IMG/VR virus record: IMGVR_UViG_2675903038_000001
Location: 1 to 64,000 of that record
DNA length: 64,000 nt
Reading direction: 5' to 3' (one strand)
Origin: a virus
Taxonomy: Duplodnaviria; Caudoviricetes
The notes below the pieces were generated by a model. That model had not been told where the DNA came from and did no database searches. It saw nothing but the letters and a program-made list of their open reading frames with translations. Positions 39,072-49,400 of this stretch are shown one piece after another (the stretch's first letter is position 1; the number at the start of each line of letters is the position of its first letter). A program made the translations under genes and the position numbers.

Positions 39072-39646
39072 TATTTTTCCTCAAGAATCATCCTATCAAT
39101 CAAGCTGTAATTCGTGGTGCTGCAGTCAAAGACCTGAATGAAGGTGAAATTCGTCGCAATCCTGGCGAACCATCTCCAGAAGCAGCCAAGGCTGACAAGT
39201 ACAAAATGCCTGTTATCAAGTGGCGAGGATTGAGCATTCGTATCGAGAATCCTGCCGGTTCCGTGCGCCGTGGCCATAACTGGGAAACCAGAATGAAATA
39301 TGACTACGGTTATATCAGCGGCTCAAATGGAGTAGATGGGGACGAGGTGGATGTATATCTTGGGCCATATCTTGATATAGCAGAAATCGTTTACGTAGTT
39401 CATCAGCGCAAATACGGCAAGTGGAACCAATACGACGAAGATAAATGTTTGATCGGATTTATGTCTGAGGATGAAGCCAAGGCAGCTTACCTTGCGCATT
39501 ACGATGATCCACGCTTTCTAGGGCCAATAACAGCATTGCCGGTTGAGGAATTTATCGAAAAGGTCAAAGCGACAAGAGAACAGTCTGGAATGATCAAATC
39601 GATGATTCTATTCTTCAAAGCCAACGTCAATCGGTGCTCGATTTAA
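39068..39646 (+). CDS. Inorganic-pyrophosphatase-like (InPase) domain protein
   Basis: IENPAGSVR, DYGYI, DGDEVDVYLG, YDEDKCLIGF. Confidence 0.8.
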   Translation: MIFFLKNHPINQAVIRGAAVKDLNEGEIRRNPGEPSPEAAKADKYKMPVIKWRGLSIRIENPAGSVRRGHNWETRMKYDYGYISGSNGVDGDEVDVYLGPYLDIAEIVYVVHQRKYGKWNQYDEDKCLIGFMSEDEAKAAYLAHYDDPRFLGPITALPVEEFIEKVKATREQSGMIKSMILFFKANVNRCSI

Positions 39647-39703
39647 TGCTGCGATGATGAATATCTAAGCATCACATTCTTAAAACAAGATTCATAAAAA
39701 AAG

Positions 39704-39720
39704 CATCGTGACACGACAAT
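39704..39720 (+). promoter_or_regulatory. Late-promoter motif (DarB-like)
   Basis: CATCGTGA-cac-GACAAT. Confidence 0.55.
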
Positions 39721-39754
39721 AGGCTCAATAACCTTTTGTCGAAGTCGCGAGCCT

Positions 39755-42700
39755 ATGTTGATTCTTTTCCTGAAAGCAGAACAGCAATCGCTGCTGTTTG
39801 ACGCTCCTGTATTAGTGCAGGGATCAGTCCGTAAAGACGGAAGTGTAGTAAAACCGCACGTGCGGATTCAAAAAAAGAAACTGCCTGATTCTGGCGGTAC
39901 GCAGGGGAATTTATTTGGTGATAATTCCACTGAACAATCGAAAAAACCCTCAAAGTTAGACGCATTCATTGCCAAGCAAGGCGGAATGCAGTCTCTTGCG
40001 TCCAAGCTATCAATGCTGACTGAAGGTCAGCAACAAACGATCTTCGAGAAAATAGCTGCACTTGATGGCAAGACCATCAAGGAAGTATCTGCGATGTTCG
40101 ATGGGCTGAAGGTCGAGGAAGTGAAACAGCCCGATCTATTTGCGCAACCTGCTGCGTCTGGGAATCCTTCTAAGACCGAGGGTTATGTGACACCTCCCAA
40201 ACTTGATTTGCCAATTGTAGAGCACGACGGTGACACCTGGTATATCACCAACACTGGAGCCGCTCGTGAGGATGGTAAGGTCTATGCACACCTATCCAGC
40301 GCGACACGTGGGCGGCATGCCAGAAACGGCATTTACCCAGTTCAAATATCTGACTGGATCAGGCTTGATAAGCCGGAAGTGTCCGAGTCTGCAAGTGATG
40401 ATCTGCCTATCGTCGAGCACGTCACTAGGAAGGGCAAGATCATACGAGGAATTATCCGAAAGGATTTGACCAAGGAAGAAGCTGCCGGAATCGACCAATA
40501 TACCTTCCTTAAGGATGGTGGCTGGTTTATCCGGGAAAAGCATCTGGAAGGAGAGGCCTATCAAAACTCAATTAAGAAAAAAACACCATTAGACACTAAC
40601 GATTCCAATGATTCGGAAACCGTCAGTCAAGAGAAAATCGATAATGCTATCGATCCCCTGGTCTTTGGTGTGAAAGCTGGTATTACCAAGGCAGAGCGTA
40701 GGAAGCTGAATACGGCTGCTGCGGCTCTGGTGATGAAAGTGCCGGGAGATATGACCGATGCAGACCGAGCATTATTGCGCCAGTATTCCGGGAATGGCGG
40801 TTGCGGTGATTCGCTTAACGAATTCTATACCGATCCGGCAGTGGCATTGGCTATGTGGAAGGTTGCGGAAAGACTTGGTATTACCCACGGCACGGCTTTG
40901 GAGCCATCATGTGGATCGGGCGTATTCCTGCACACTGCGCCTGATGGAATCAAGGTTACCGGTGTCGAATTGGAAAGTATTTCCGCTAAGATAGCTGAAG
41001 CATTGCATGGTGAGCGTCATGAAATCGTGAATGCATCGCTGGAACGCTTTGCTACACAGGATACGCGGCGATTCGATATCGTGATCGGCAATCCGCCGTA
41101 TGGGCCGCGAGGCATGCTTCTGAAAGATGACAAGAAGGATTTGTCGAAGGCGGAAGAGTATTTCATCGACACCAGCTTGGATAAAACGCGGGCTGATGGA
41201 TTGTGTATGCTGGTAGTGCCAAGCGGCATTATGGATAGCAAGAATGGGCGCAAGTTCCGGGAAAGAATGTTGCGTAAGGCTGAATTCCTGGGCGCTCAGC
41301 GGCTGCCTAATAGTGCATTCGAGGCAAGTCATACCGATGTTACCGCAGATGTGATTTATTTGCGTAAACGGCCCGATGATGTGGCTGGGGCGCTGGGTAC
41401 GCTGGATAAAAAGACGTTGCAATCGATTGGCGTATGGGATGACGAATTCCTGTCAGGAGCTTACTTTGAAGGGCGCGGCAAAAGTAACGTGTTCGGTGAA
41501 GTGGGCACGGCAATGCGCGCTTTCGGTGAGATTTACACGGTCAATGGTTCAATGCGTGACGTACCTGATCTGATTGAGAAATTCGACCCGAACTCAGAAA
41601 CTAAAACACCGTCAATGCAGGATATCTTGAATGCCTTGCCGGATGAAAGCGACAAGAATCGCGCGCTAAATGCTGCCGACAAAAAACCTTATCATGATGG
41701 TGCCAAGGTAGGGGATATCAAGATAGAGGATGGCGTTACCTACGTATTGCAGGGCAATCCTCCCCGTTGGCACAGAGCTGACGAGGCCATGCAGTCTGAA
41801 GCGGTGACGAGTGCTTTGGAGCTGGCTGCCGAAATCGATAGATTAATGAGCGGGCAAGCCGTGGATCGGGCCAAGCTTGAAGAAGATGTGCGGGAATGGA
41901 TGGGGCTGCATGGCATACCATCCAATCACCCGGATTTATTGGTTGCTGCTGCGAACGATAAAACCCTGTATCGGCTGATAGGAGCGGTAGGCAAGGATGG
42001 CAGATTATCTGATGTTGTGTCCGGTAGAGAAGCAGAAAGGATTGAGGGCGGATTTGATGCGGTTGCTCAATCGTTGGCGCTATCTCATGAGTCTGGTGAC
42101 TTCACAGTGGCTGAATTGGCTGAAGCTCTGAATAAAGATGAAGACGAAGTGCTAGATCAGCTATTTGCGGATGCGCGCTATGCGGTGGTTAATGACGAGC
42201 GCTGGTCTCCCATGGATGCTTATCTGACCGGGCAATTATGGCCTAAGCTCGATACGGTCAATGCCAAGCTGTCCGTGGGTGGAATGGATGGCGTAATGCG
42301 ATCGAAGCTAGAGAATCAGAAGCGCCAGCTTGAGGAAACCATCGATCCGAAATCGCTTGAGGATGTGGATATCCAATTGAATAGCGCATTCATTCCATTG
42401 AATGTCATGGAAGTGTGGATTGATAGTCGGGCCGATGAGTTGCGTGAAAAATTCCCTGAATCTAGCTGGTATCGGGATATGGCGCCGGCGTCTGTGACGT
42501 TCGAGGGCGGCGTTTACAAGATAGGTAAAGGGGTGGCTATCAATGACGGATTGCTCGATAAATACCTGAATCGTACCGGCGTCAGAAAAGATGATCTGCC
42601 TACCATCGAAGAGTGGAACGAGCAATTCAAAGAGTGGTTGCTCACGTCTGAACATCGGGAGATGGTGGAGGATTTATATAATCGTAAATTCCGTGGGTTC

Positions 42701-45700
42701 GTGCATCGTGAATATTCTGATGAACCGATTGATATTCCTGGTCTGGCGAATCATGACAAGATCAAGCCATATCAGTGGCCCGGTCTGCGGTGGGCGCTTG
42801 CGGCAGGCAAGGGCATTATTGCGGACGATGTCGGGCTAGGCAAGACGATCCGGGCGCTGATGTTGGCGCGACTGGCCAAGCTTACCGGCAAAGCTCAAAA
42901 ACCTATTATCGTCGCGCCTAAATCGGTGCTGGCCAACTGGTATGTGGAATCTCAAAAATGGTTCCCTGGTTCCAAAGTGATGACCATAGGCGGTGATTTT
43001 TCTTATGATGCGAACGGTAAGCTAGTTGGGCGGGACGACAACAAAAATGAGCGTGAACGTAAATACCATGACATAACGCAAAACGATTATGACTTCATTG
43101 TTATCTCTGAGCCGGTATTTCAGGAAATCGACCTTGACCCTAAAACCAAAAAAGAGATGTACGACACAGATTTTTGGGTGCAACGTGGCGATTCGTTGGG
43201 TAATGCCGGTGATAAGCGCATCAAGAAAATCCGCGAAGCTTATGAGCAATCGATTGCCAAGCGAGAGTTCTCCGGCACAACGGGCGTGATTTACTTCAAT
43301 GATTTGGGCGTGGATATGGTGATTGCGGATGAGGCACACCATAACAAGAATCTATATGCGGCGAAATCTCGTTTCGGTGACAGTCCAAAATTCTTGGGTG
43401 GTCAGGGTCTGTCGAATCGGGCACTTGACTTCAATTTAAAGGCCCGTTGGCTGTTGAATAATAATGGCGGCAAGGGTGTTTATGGTCTGACAGCCACACC
43501 TACCAAAAATAGCCCGTTGGAAATCTACTCAATGTTGTCGCACATCGCACCAGAAGCATTTGAAAGAATCGGTATCCGTAACAGTGAAGAATTCCTGGAT
43601 AGATTCTGCAAGTTCGAGACAGATAATGTCTTGAGCACTAGCGGCGAGATTGAGGAAGCTTTGGTAGTTGCTGGCTTCAAGAACATGGATGAATTGCGCA
43701 ATCTCATGGCGCAATATATACGTCGCACCACGGCGGATGACGTTGGGCTCAAGCTGCCTGGGCGTGATGATCGAATGCACCTGATTGATATGACGCCACA
43801 GCAACAAGCTGTCTATGATGAATTGCGTGAGATGGCCGTCAATGCTGCCAAGAAAGACGCTACCGGCGATGCGCACATATTCAGTGTCATGGATAAAATG
43901 AACAAAGCGGCCCTTGACCTGGAAATATATGATCCCGAGACTTACGTGGGCGTTACCAGTCCGAAATACAAGGAGCTCGCCAAGCACGTTGCTAGCGGCA
44001 TTAAAGAGGGCGGTCAGGTTGTATTTTCTGATTACATTGATGCTCACGACAAGATTGTGAGAGAGCTTGTAAAATCCGGCATACCTAAAAATAAAATCGG
44101 TGTGATTAATGCCCAAGTGGCGTCGAGTTCGGTGAAGCGTCAGAATATTGCCGATCAGTTCAATAGCGGCAAACTGAAAGTGGTTATCGGTAACACAGCT
44201 ACCATGGGTGAGGGTATTAACTTGCAAATGGGCACCACTGATATTCACCATATGGACTTGCCGTGGGAGCCCGCCAGCGTGCAACAACGTAATGGCCGTG
44301 GATTACGCCAAGGCAATATCAGCGAGGCTGTGAGAATTCATACTTACCTGTCAAAAGGGTCGTTTGACGGCTACCGTTACCAGTCGATAGGCGCCAAGAA
44401 GGATTGGCAAGACTTGCTATGGAATGGCGGTGATAAGATTGAAAATCTGTCTCGGGAGGGCAATATTAGCCGGGATGAAATGCTTATTATGCTGTCCGCT
44501 GACCCTGATGCGGCGCGTGAGAAATTTGCTTCCGACAAAGAAGCTGCGCTGCAGCGTCACGAGGCCGGTGAGCGCGCCAAAGCTGCCGAGGAATACGTTA
44601 GGTTCCAGACTTTAACGGCGGGCTACAAAGCGCTTAAAAACAAAAACACGACCAGTGCCGCAATGCTGCAATCCAAGATGGAGAAGGCTAGGGTTGCGTT
44701 GAAAGGCAATCGATTCTTTACCGCAAAAAACCTGCTGGATTCAGATACCGATGCACTCATGGAGCCGCAATCCGGGAATGTTTTTCATGCTGGCTTCGCG
44801 TTTCATGCCGTGAATGAAGGGGGTGAAAAAGAAGGTCAATTTGTCGTAACCGGCGTTAATCTCAAAGATCGCACCGTATCCGTTCGAGGCTACGCTGATA
44901 TTGATGGGCGTAAGCGCACCGTGAAGCTTGCTGATTTGAAACACGGTATTACTCCTTTTGCTTTCAGCGAAGAGGATGAAGCAAAGGCAGTGTCTATCAA
45001 GATTGAAGAAAGGGCGGCGGCGGGATTGAGTGATATCAAAGATTACAAGCAGCTTGTCGGTATTCCGTCTAATGTCTTAACTGCATCGGGTGCTGCCATT
45101 CAGGCGCAATTGAAGGAGGGTGCTAAGAATTACAAGCTAAGCATTCCGAATGGGAAGTTACCCATGATAAATAAAGAGAGCGGCGCTTTTGATTTGGTGG
45201 ATCATTATTCTGTGCGTGACAAGCTAGATACTCATGATTTTGTGCTGCCTACCGATGAGAATAAAAAACGACTGGAAGACGCCTGGATGGATCAGGAGCG
45301 CAATATAAAATTTGGCACAGAGGCATTTACATCGAGCAGAAAGCGAGGCAGTAATAGCAGTGGTGTGACGCATGCAATCAAAGAATACAGAGGGGCATCG
45401 TTTGGAGATAAAAAAGTCAATCCATTTTCGAGTCATGTTGCTAGTACAAATGGCGAATCATTCTCTTATTACGATGAAAGAACATCGAAATCTGTCAAGG
45501 CGCTGAAGGATCGTTTCCATAAAGAGCAAGTCGAAAGAGCCAAGAAAGCCAAAACGCTTAATCAGACAATTGACGAGGTTGCGCCCTTGGGTGTGGTTCA
45601 GGACTACACGAAAGGGCATGGCGCGCACGTAAAGCTGCCCAAAAAGGCGCTGGCTATCCTGTGGGCAAAAGCACGGCACCTGGGTGTATTGGGCGATAAA

Positions 45701-46114
45701 TTAGTCGATCATTTGCCGCAAGTCGAGGTGCTTGGTGGCCGGTCGCTTGGTAAGCACAATGGGTACTTTCACGGATCTAGGCACGAAAAATCGGTGCATG
45801 CCGCATTGATTGGCATGGCGAAAGATGCTGGGTACGACGATCTTGTTTCAGCAATGGTTGAATCCGGCCTGCGTCATTACAAAGAAGCAGATCATAAGGA
45901 GGTATTGAGCCAGTTGCATCAAGACTATGGTCACAGCGATCAAGTGCTTAAAATGATGCTTAAATTAGCGGAAGCATCTGGCATTGCTGACATGAAGGCG
46001 GTTAATGCGGAAACCGGTATTCAGAATGCTGGAATACTGCGGCCTAGACAATGGGGCGGGGATGAGCATAAAACGATACGAGAAATCATAGAGGGGCGCA
46101 TTAAGAATGGTTGA
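39755..46114 (+). CDS. DarB-like N6-adenine MTase + SNF2 helicase polyvalent protein
   Basis: LEPSCGSG, GNPPY; DDVGLGKT, DEAH, TATP, QRNGRGLRQG. Confidence 0.88.
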   Translation: MLILFLKAEQQSLLFDAPVLVQGSVRKDGSVVKPHVRIQKKKLPDSGGTQGNLFGDNSTEQSKKPSKLDAFIAKQGGMQSLASKLSMLTEGQQQTIFEKIAALDGKTIKEVSAMFDGLKVEEVKQPDLFAQPAASGNPSKTEGYVTPPKLDLPIVEHDGDTWYITNTGAAREDGKVYAHLSSATRGRHARNGIYPVQISDWIRLDKPEVSESASDDLPIVEHVTRKGKIIRGIIRKDLTKEEAAGIDQYTFLKDGGWFIREKHLEGEAYQNSIKKKTPLDTNDSNDSETVSQEKIDNAIDPLVFGVKAGITKAERRKLNTAAAALVMKVPGDMTDADRALLRQYSGNGGCGDSLNEFYTDPAVALAMWKVAERLGITHGTALEPSCGSGVFLHTAPDGIKVTGVELESISAKIAEALHGERHEIVNASLERFATQDTRRFDIVIGNPPYGPRGMLLKDDKKDLSKAEEYFIDTSLDKTRADGLCMLVVPSGIMDSKNGRKFRERMLRKAEFLGAQRLPNSAFEASHTDVTADVIYLRKRPDDVAGALGTLDKKTLQSIGVWDDEFLSGAYFEGRGKSNVFGEVGTAMRAFGEIYTVNGSMRDVPDLIEKFDPNSETKTPSMQDILNALPDESDKNRALNAADKKPYHDGAKVGDIKIEDGVTYVLQGNPPRWHRADEAMQSEAVTSALELAAEIDRLMSGQAVDRAKLEEDVREWMGLHGIPSNHPDLLVAAANDKTLYRLIGAVGKDGRLSDVVSGREAERIEGGFDAVAQSLALSHESGDFTVAELAEALNKDEDEVLDQLFADARYAVVNDERWSPMDAYLTGQLWPKLDTVNAKLSVGGMDGVMRSKLENQKRQLEETIDPKSLEDVDIQLNSAFIPLNVMEVWIDSRADELREKFPESSWYRDMAPASVTFEGGVYKIGKGVAINDGLLDKYLNRTGVRKDDLPTIEEWNEQFKEWLLTSEHREMVEDLYNRKFRGFVHREYSDEPIDIPGLANHDKIKPYQWPGLRWALAAGKGIIADDVGLGKTIRALMLARLAKLTGKAQKPIIVAPKSVLANWYVESQKWFPGSKVMTIGGDFSYDANGKLVGRDDNKNERERKYHDITQNDYDFIVISEPVFQEIDLDPKTKKEMYDTDFWVQRGDSLGNAGDKRIKKIREAYEQSIAKREFSGTTGVIYFNDLGVDMVIADEAHHNKNLYAAKSRFGDSPKFLGGQGLSNRALDFNLKARWLLNNNGGKGVYGLTATPTKNSPLEIYSMLSHIAPEAFERIGIRNSEEFLDRFCKFETDNVLSTSGEIEEALVVAGFKNMDELRNLMAQYIRRTTADDVGLKLPGRDDRMHLIDMTPQQQAVYDELREMAVNAAKKDATGDAHIFSVMDKMNKAALDLEIYDPETYVGVTSPKYKELAKHVASGIKEGGQVVFSDYIDAHDKIVRELVKSGIPKNKIGVINAQVASSSVKRQNIADQFNSGKLKVVIGNTATMGEGINLQMGTTDIHHMDLPWEPASVQQRNGRGLRQGNISEAVRIHTYLSKGSFDGYRYQSIGAKKDWQDLLWNGGDKIENLSREGNISRDEMLIMLSADPDAAREKFASDKEAALQRHEAGERAKAAEEYVRFQTLTAGYKALKNKNTTSAAMLQSKMEKARVALKGNRFFTAKNLLDSDTDALMEPQSGNVFHAGFAFHAVNEGGEKEGQFVVTGVNLKDRTVSVRGYADIDGRKRTVKLADLKHGITPFAFSEEDEAKAVSIKIEERAAAGLSDIKDYKQLVGIPSNVLTASGAAIQAQLKEGAKNYKLSIPNGKLPMINKESGAFDLVDHYSVRDKLDTHDFVLPTDENKKRLEDAWMDQERNIKFGTEAFTSSRKRGSNSSGVTHAIKEYRGASFGDKKVNPFSSHVASTNGESFSYYDERTSKSVKALKDRFHKEQVERAKKAKTLNQTIDEVAPLGVVQDYTKGHGAHVKLPKKALAILWAKARHLGVLGDKLVDHLPQVEVLGGRSLGKHNGYFHGSRHEKSVHAALIGMAKDAGYDDLVSAMVESGLRHYKEADHKEVLSQLHQDYGHSDQVLKMMLKLAEASGIADMKAVNAETGIQNAGILRPRQWGGDEHKTIREIIEGRIKNG

Positions 46115-46433
46115 TCCTAAAACGTTCGCAGATTCTACCCTGCAACTGTTGCAGCAAGACCCGAGGCGTTATAGAAATTTTGGCGTCTATTGGTATTTTG
46201 TCAAAGCGCTGATGAAGCGATATTATACGAATGAAAATCTGTATCTATTGGGCGAGTATATGGATGCAGATACGATAGCCAGAATGCCTGAGCATAAGAC
46301 TCTGCAGGAAGCGATAGAAGCTGCTGTAGAAGAATATCGTAGCAATGCATCATATAACCTGGGGCGTGAAACTGTGGAGGATTTATCGGGCGGTGGGGTA
46401 ATTCTTTTGCATGATGAAGATGCTGGAGTCTGA
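46107..46433 (+). CDS. Hypothetical protein coupled to DarB-like gene
   Basis: 108 aa, overlaps preceding stop. Confidence 0.7.
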   Translation: MVDPKTFADSTLQLLQQDPRRYRNFGVYWYFVKALMKRYYTNENLYLLGEYMDADTIARMPEHKTLQEAIEAAVEEYRSNASYNLGRETVEDLSGGGVILLHDEDAGV

Positions 46434-46435
46434 TT

Positions 46436-46452
46436 TGTCGTGACCTTACGAT
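46436..46452 (+). promoter_or_regulatory. Late-promoter motif (SNF2)
   Basis: TGTCGTGA-cct-TACGAT, 6 nt to ATG. Confidence 0.7.
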
Positions 46453-46458
46453 TGGCTG

Positions 46459-49400
46459 ATGAAGCCAATCTTCTTTCTAAAAGCGGCAATTCCTCCTGGC
46501 GCGCGCTGGATCACGGTACATCCCAACGGTAAGGATGCAAAAGGTCAGCCGTTACTCATTCAGGAGGAATCAGATGGAAGCATGCGCGTTATTGGCGGTG
46601 CTGGCGGCAAGCTTAACTACCTGAAGCTGCGTAATGTACGCTCAGAATCCGATTACAAGAAAGAGGCGGCTGAGCGTAGAAAAGCGCAAACCGAACAAAG
46701 AAAAGAGCAGCGCAAAAAAGATAAAGAGCTTGGTATAGGTGAGTCCAAAACCAAGGTGCGTCAAGCGATCATTCAGCAACGCAAGGTAGCTGAGAAGGAA
46801 TACGTTCAGGCTGTTGCGCAATCAATGAGTTGGGATCAATCTTCTCTGGAATTTCCAGAAAAAGAGTACGGCCATCTATCTGAAGCGACCATCAACAAGC
46901 TGCGCAATACCCATCACAAAAAACTACTGGAAAAAGCAAAGCAAGCAGTAGAGCTGCAACGGCAAAAATTGCTATCAAGCGAAGAAGCAAGACTAGCCGC
47001 TGGAATAGGTGAAATACCGCTCAATTCGCAAGATGAGGAAACGCTCTCTGTTGATGATCTTGATCCCGTTCCCAGTCAATCCAGCGGCCTTGGTTATGAT
47101 ACCAATTACAAAGGAAGAGCTGAACAAGCCGGTTTAACCGATGATGAGCTGTCAGTCGAATCCAACAAAATCCGCTCTGAGAAACTTGCTCAGTTAACCG
47201 ATGCTCAACGAATGGCGGCAATTCGCCGTGGTGAAGCATCAAAGCTATTGAGAGCTGAACTTGAGAATATCCGTGAGCCGGTTGTATCCAATGCCGTGAA
47301 TGTGCTGGACGATGCTAAGGCTGCGGTCGAATTACTCAAGGCCGAAAAGAAACTGAAAGCCATTAATCAGCAGGCTAAAGTAAAATTGGCCGAAGTTGAT
47401 GCAGCTACCAGCAAGGTGGAACCGAAAGCATTCGTGCTCGAGTATTCTGCTGATCCGGATCTGGAAAAGAGCATTGCAGAAGATATCGAAAACGACCTTC
47501 GCACTGCGCAAACACGCACATTTTTGGCGGAATTTCAGCGGTTAGCCGGTGATAAACCGGAGGAAACCGTTGGAAAATATATGGGTATCGGTGCTTATAA
47601 CAGCATTAATTCCCTGGCGCTTGCTGTGGGCGGTGATGCTTTGGTAGATCGCTCAGTGGTCGATGTGCTGGGTATAGCCGGTGCAGCGCAAGTGCTGGCA
47701 AGGCGAATCCATAACGATCTGAAAGAAGACGTGGATCGGATTGCTGAAGGCATGCAGGAATTCCACCTTCATCATTACATGGAAACCAGCGAACAGGCAT
47801 TGGGCCGAGCGCGTGAATTGATGGATGTCGCACGTGAAATAGAGATAGGCGAGGGCGCAACAGGAGCCGATCTTAAAACGGCGCAAGAGCTCAATTCTAA
47901 GCGTAGAACTGCGGTGACGGATGCGCAAAAGATCGTAGGGCAGGCGTTGGGCGAGATGGAAGCCAATGCGGCGCTGGTGGTTGCGCTCAAGCAGGGTGCA
48001 AAAGATTCAGTACAGGTACCGTTAGGCAATCTGCCGGTGGATAGCACGGTCGTTCGAGCACGGGCAATCGGATTGCAGCGTGGCGACTATCAAATTGACG
48101 ATTTATCCGGTCAGACCTTCTTGACAATTAACGCTGATGGAATGGATAGACTGGCAAAACCTGTCAATCGGGCAGATGTCGAGCAAATCAAGCGTAACCT
48201 ATCAATCATGCGTGGCGATCACGATGAAGATGGTTGGCTGCCGTTGGGCGTTGCCAACAGGCCGGATTTGGCAATGGAGGTTAAGCCGGGTATTGCGCCA
48301 AGGTTAGCTGAACCATTTCAACCGGGCGAGGACTTGGAACAATCACTGCGAGATTATATCGGTGGACGCACGGCTGATGGTGATACGCCTGCCGATATTC
48401 TGGCTGATATTCAATCGCTGGATTTCTTCCAGAAAGCAGGTAGTGATGAAGCGTACAGAGCTGCGCTAGATGTTGTTGCACCATTAAAGGATCAAGATGG
48501 AAAAATACAACGAGCTGAATCGCTCTCTGACCATTTCGAGCAATATGCAGACCAATTCGTACAATCCAGATACGGTGGATCAAGATCCCCGATCAACCGT
48601 CAAAAGTTTGAAATCAACCAAAAATCAGTTGATGCACTCCATCGCGCATTGTCAGAGGCACCGGAGGGTGTGGCGGCATATAAGCAGATAGGCGAGTTGA
48701 CCCATACTGATCAAAGGACGCTTAGAGAGTATTTCTATCGTCATGTGGCGAAGGAAACCCCGGAATCCAGCATGTTGCGTCAAGACCTGGAGCAATTGGA
48801 CAAAAACGAGCCGGAAAAAGAGTTTGTCGATATGTTTGGCGACACGGCTACTAACCCGGAATGGTCGGCTTGGCGCAATCAGCGTGATGAGCTTGCGGCG
48901 AAGGTTAATGCTGCATCTCTAACCTGGGATAAGTATATTGACACGATGCGTGGGCATGAAAAAGCCTACGAGTCCATTCAGGACATGATTCGTTCGCGCG
49001 TGTCCAAAAAGTTTGTTGATGAGCACAATAAACTGAATCCCGATAATCCTTTGAAGATAGGCCGGTCTGTTATCCGTAATAACCTGAATCATCTGGATGC
49101 AACAGACCAGGAAACGCGGGAAGCAAGAATGGCAGAACAAAGGCAGTTGATAGACAGTCTGCGTGAGCGCTCTCAAGGCAGATATGCTGCAGGTTCTGTC
49201 TCTGACAAACTGGATGCGGTGAGAGAACGTCAGGAAGCGTTTGAACAGTCGCAAATGGATTTCTTTTCTACTGAGGAAATGCCTGCTGAGGAAGCCATTA
49301 AAGAATTAAGAAGCGATGAGCGGCATACAGTAGGGCATGAAGCAGAGCGGCAGATTGCCGGGATGATGGGTATTGTCGGCAAAAACTTTAAGCCGGGGCA

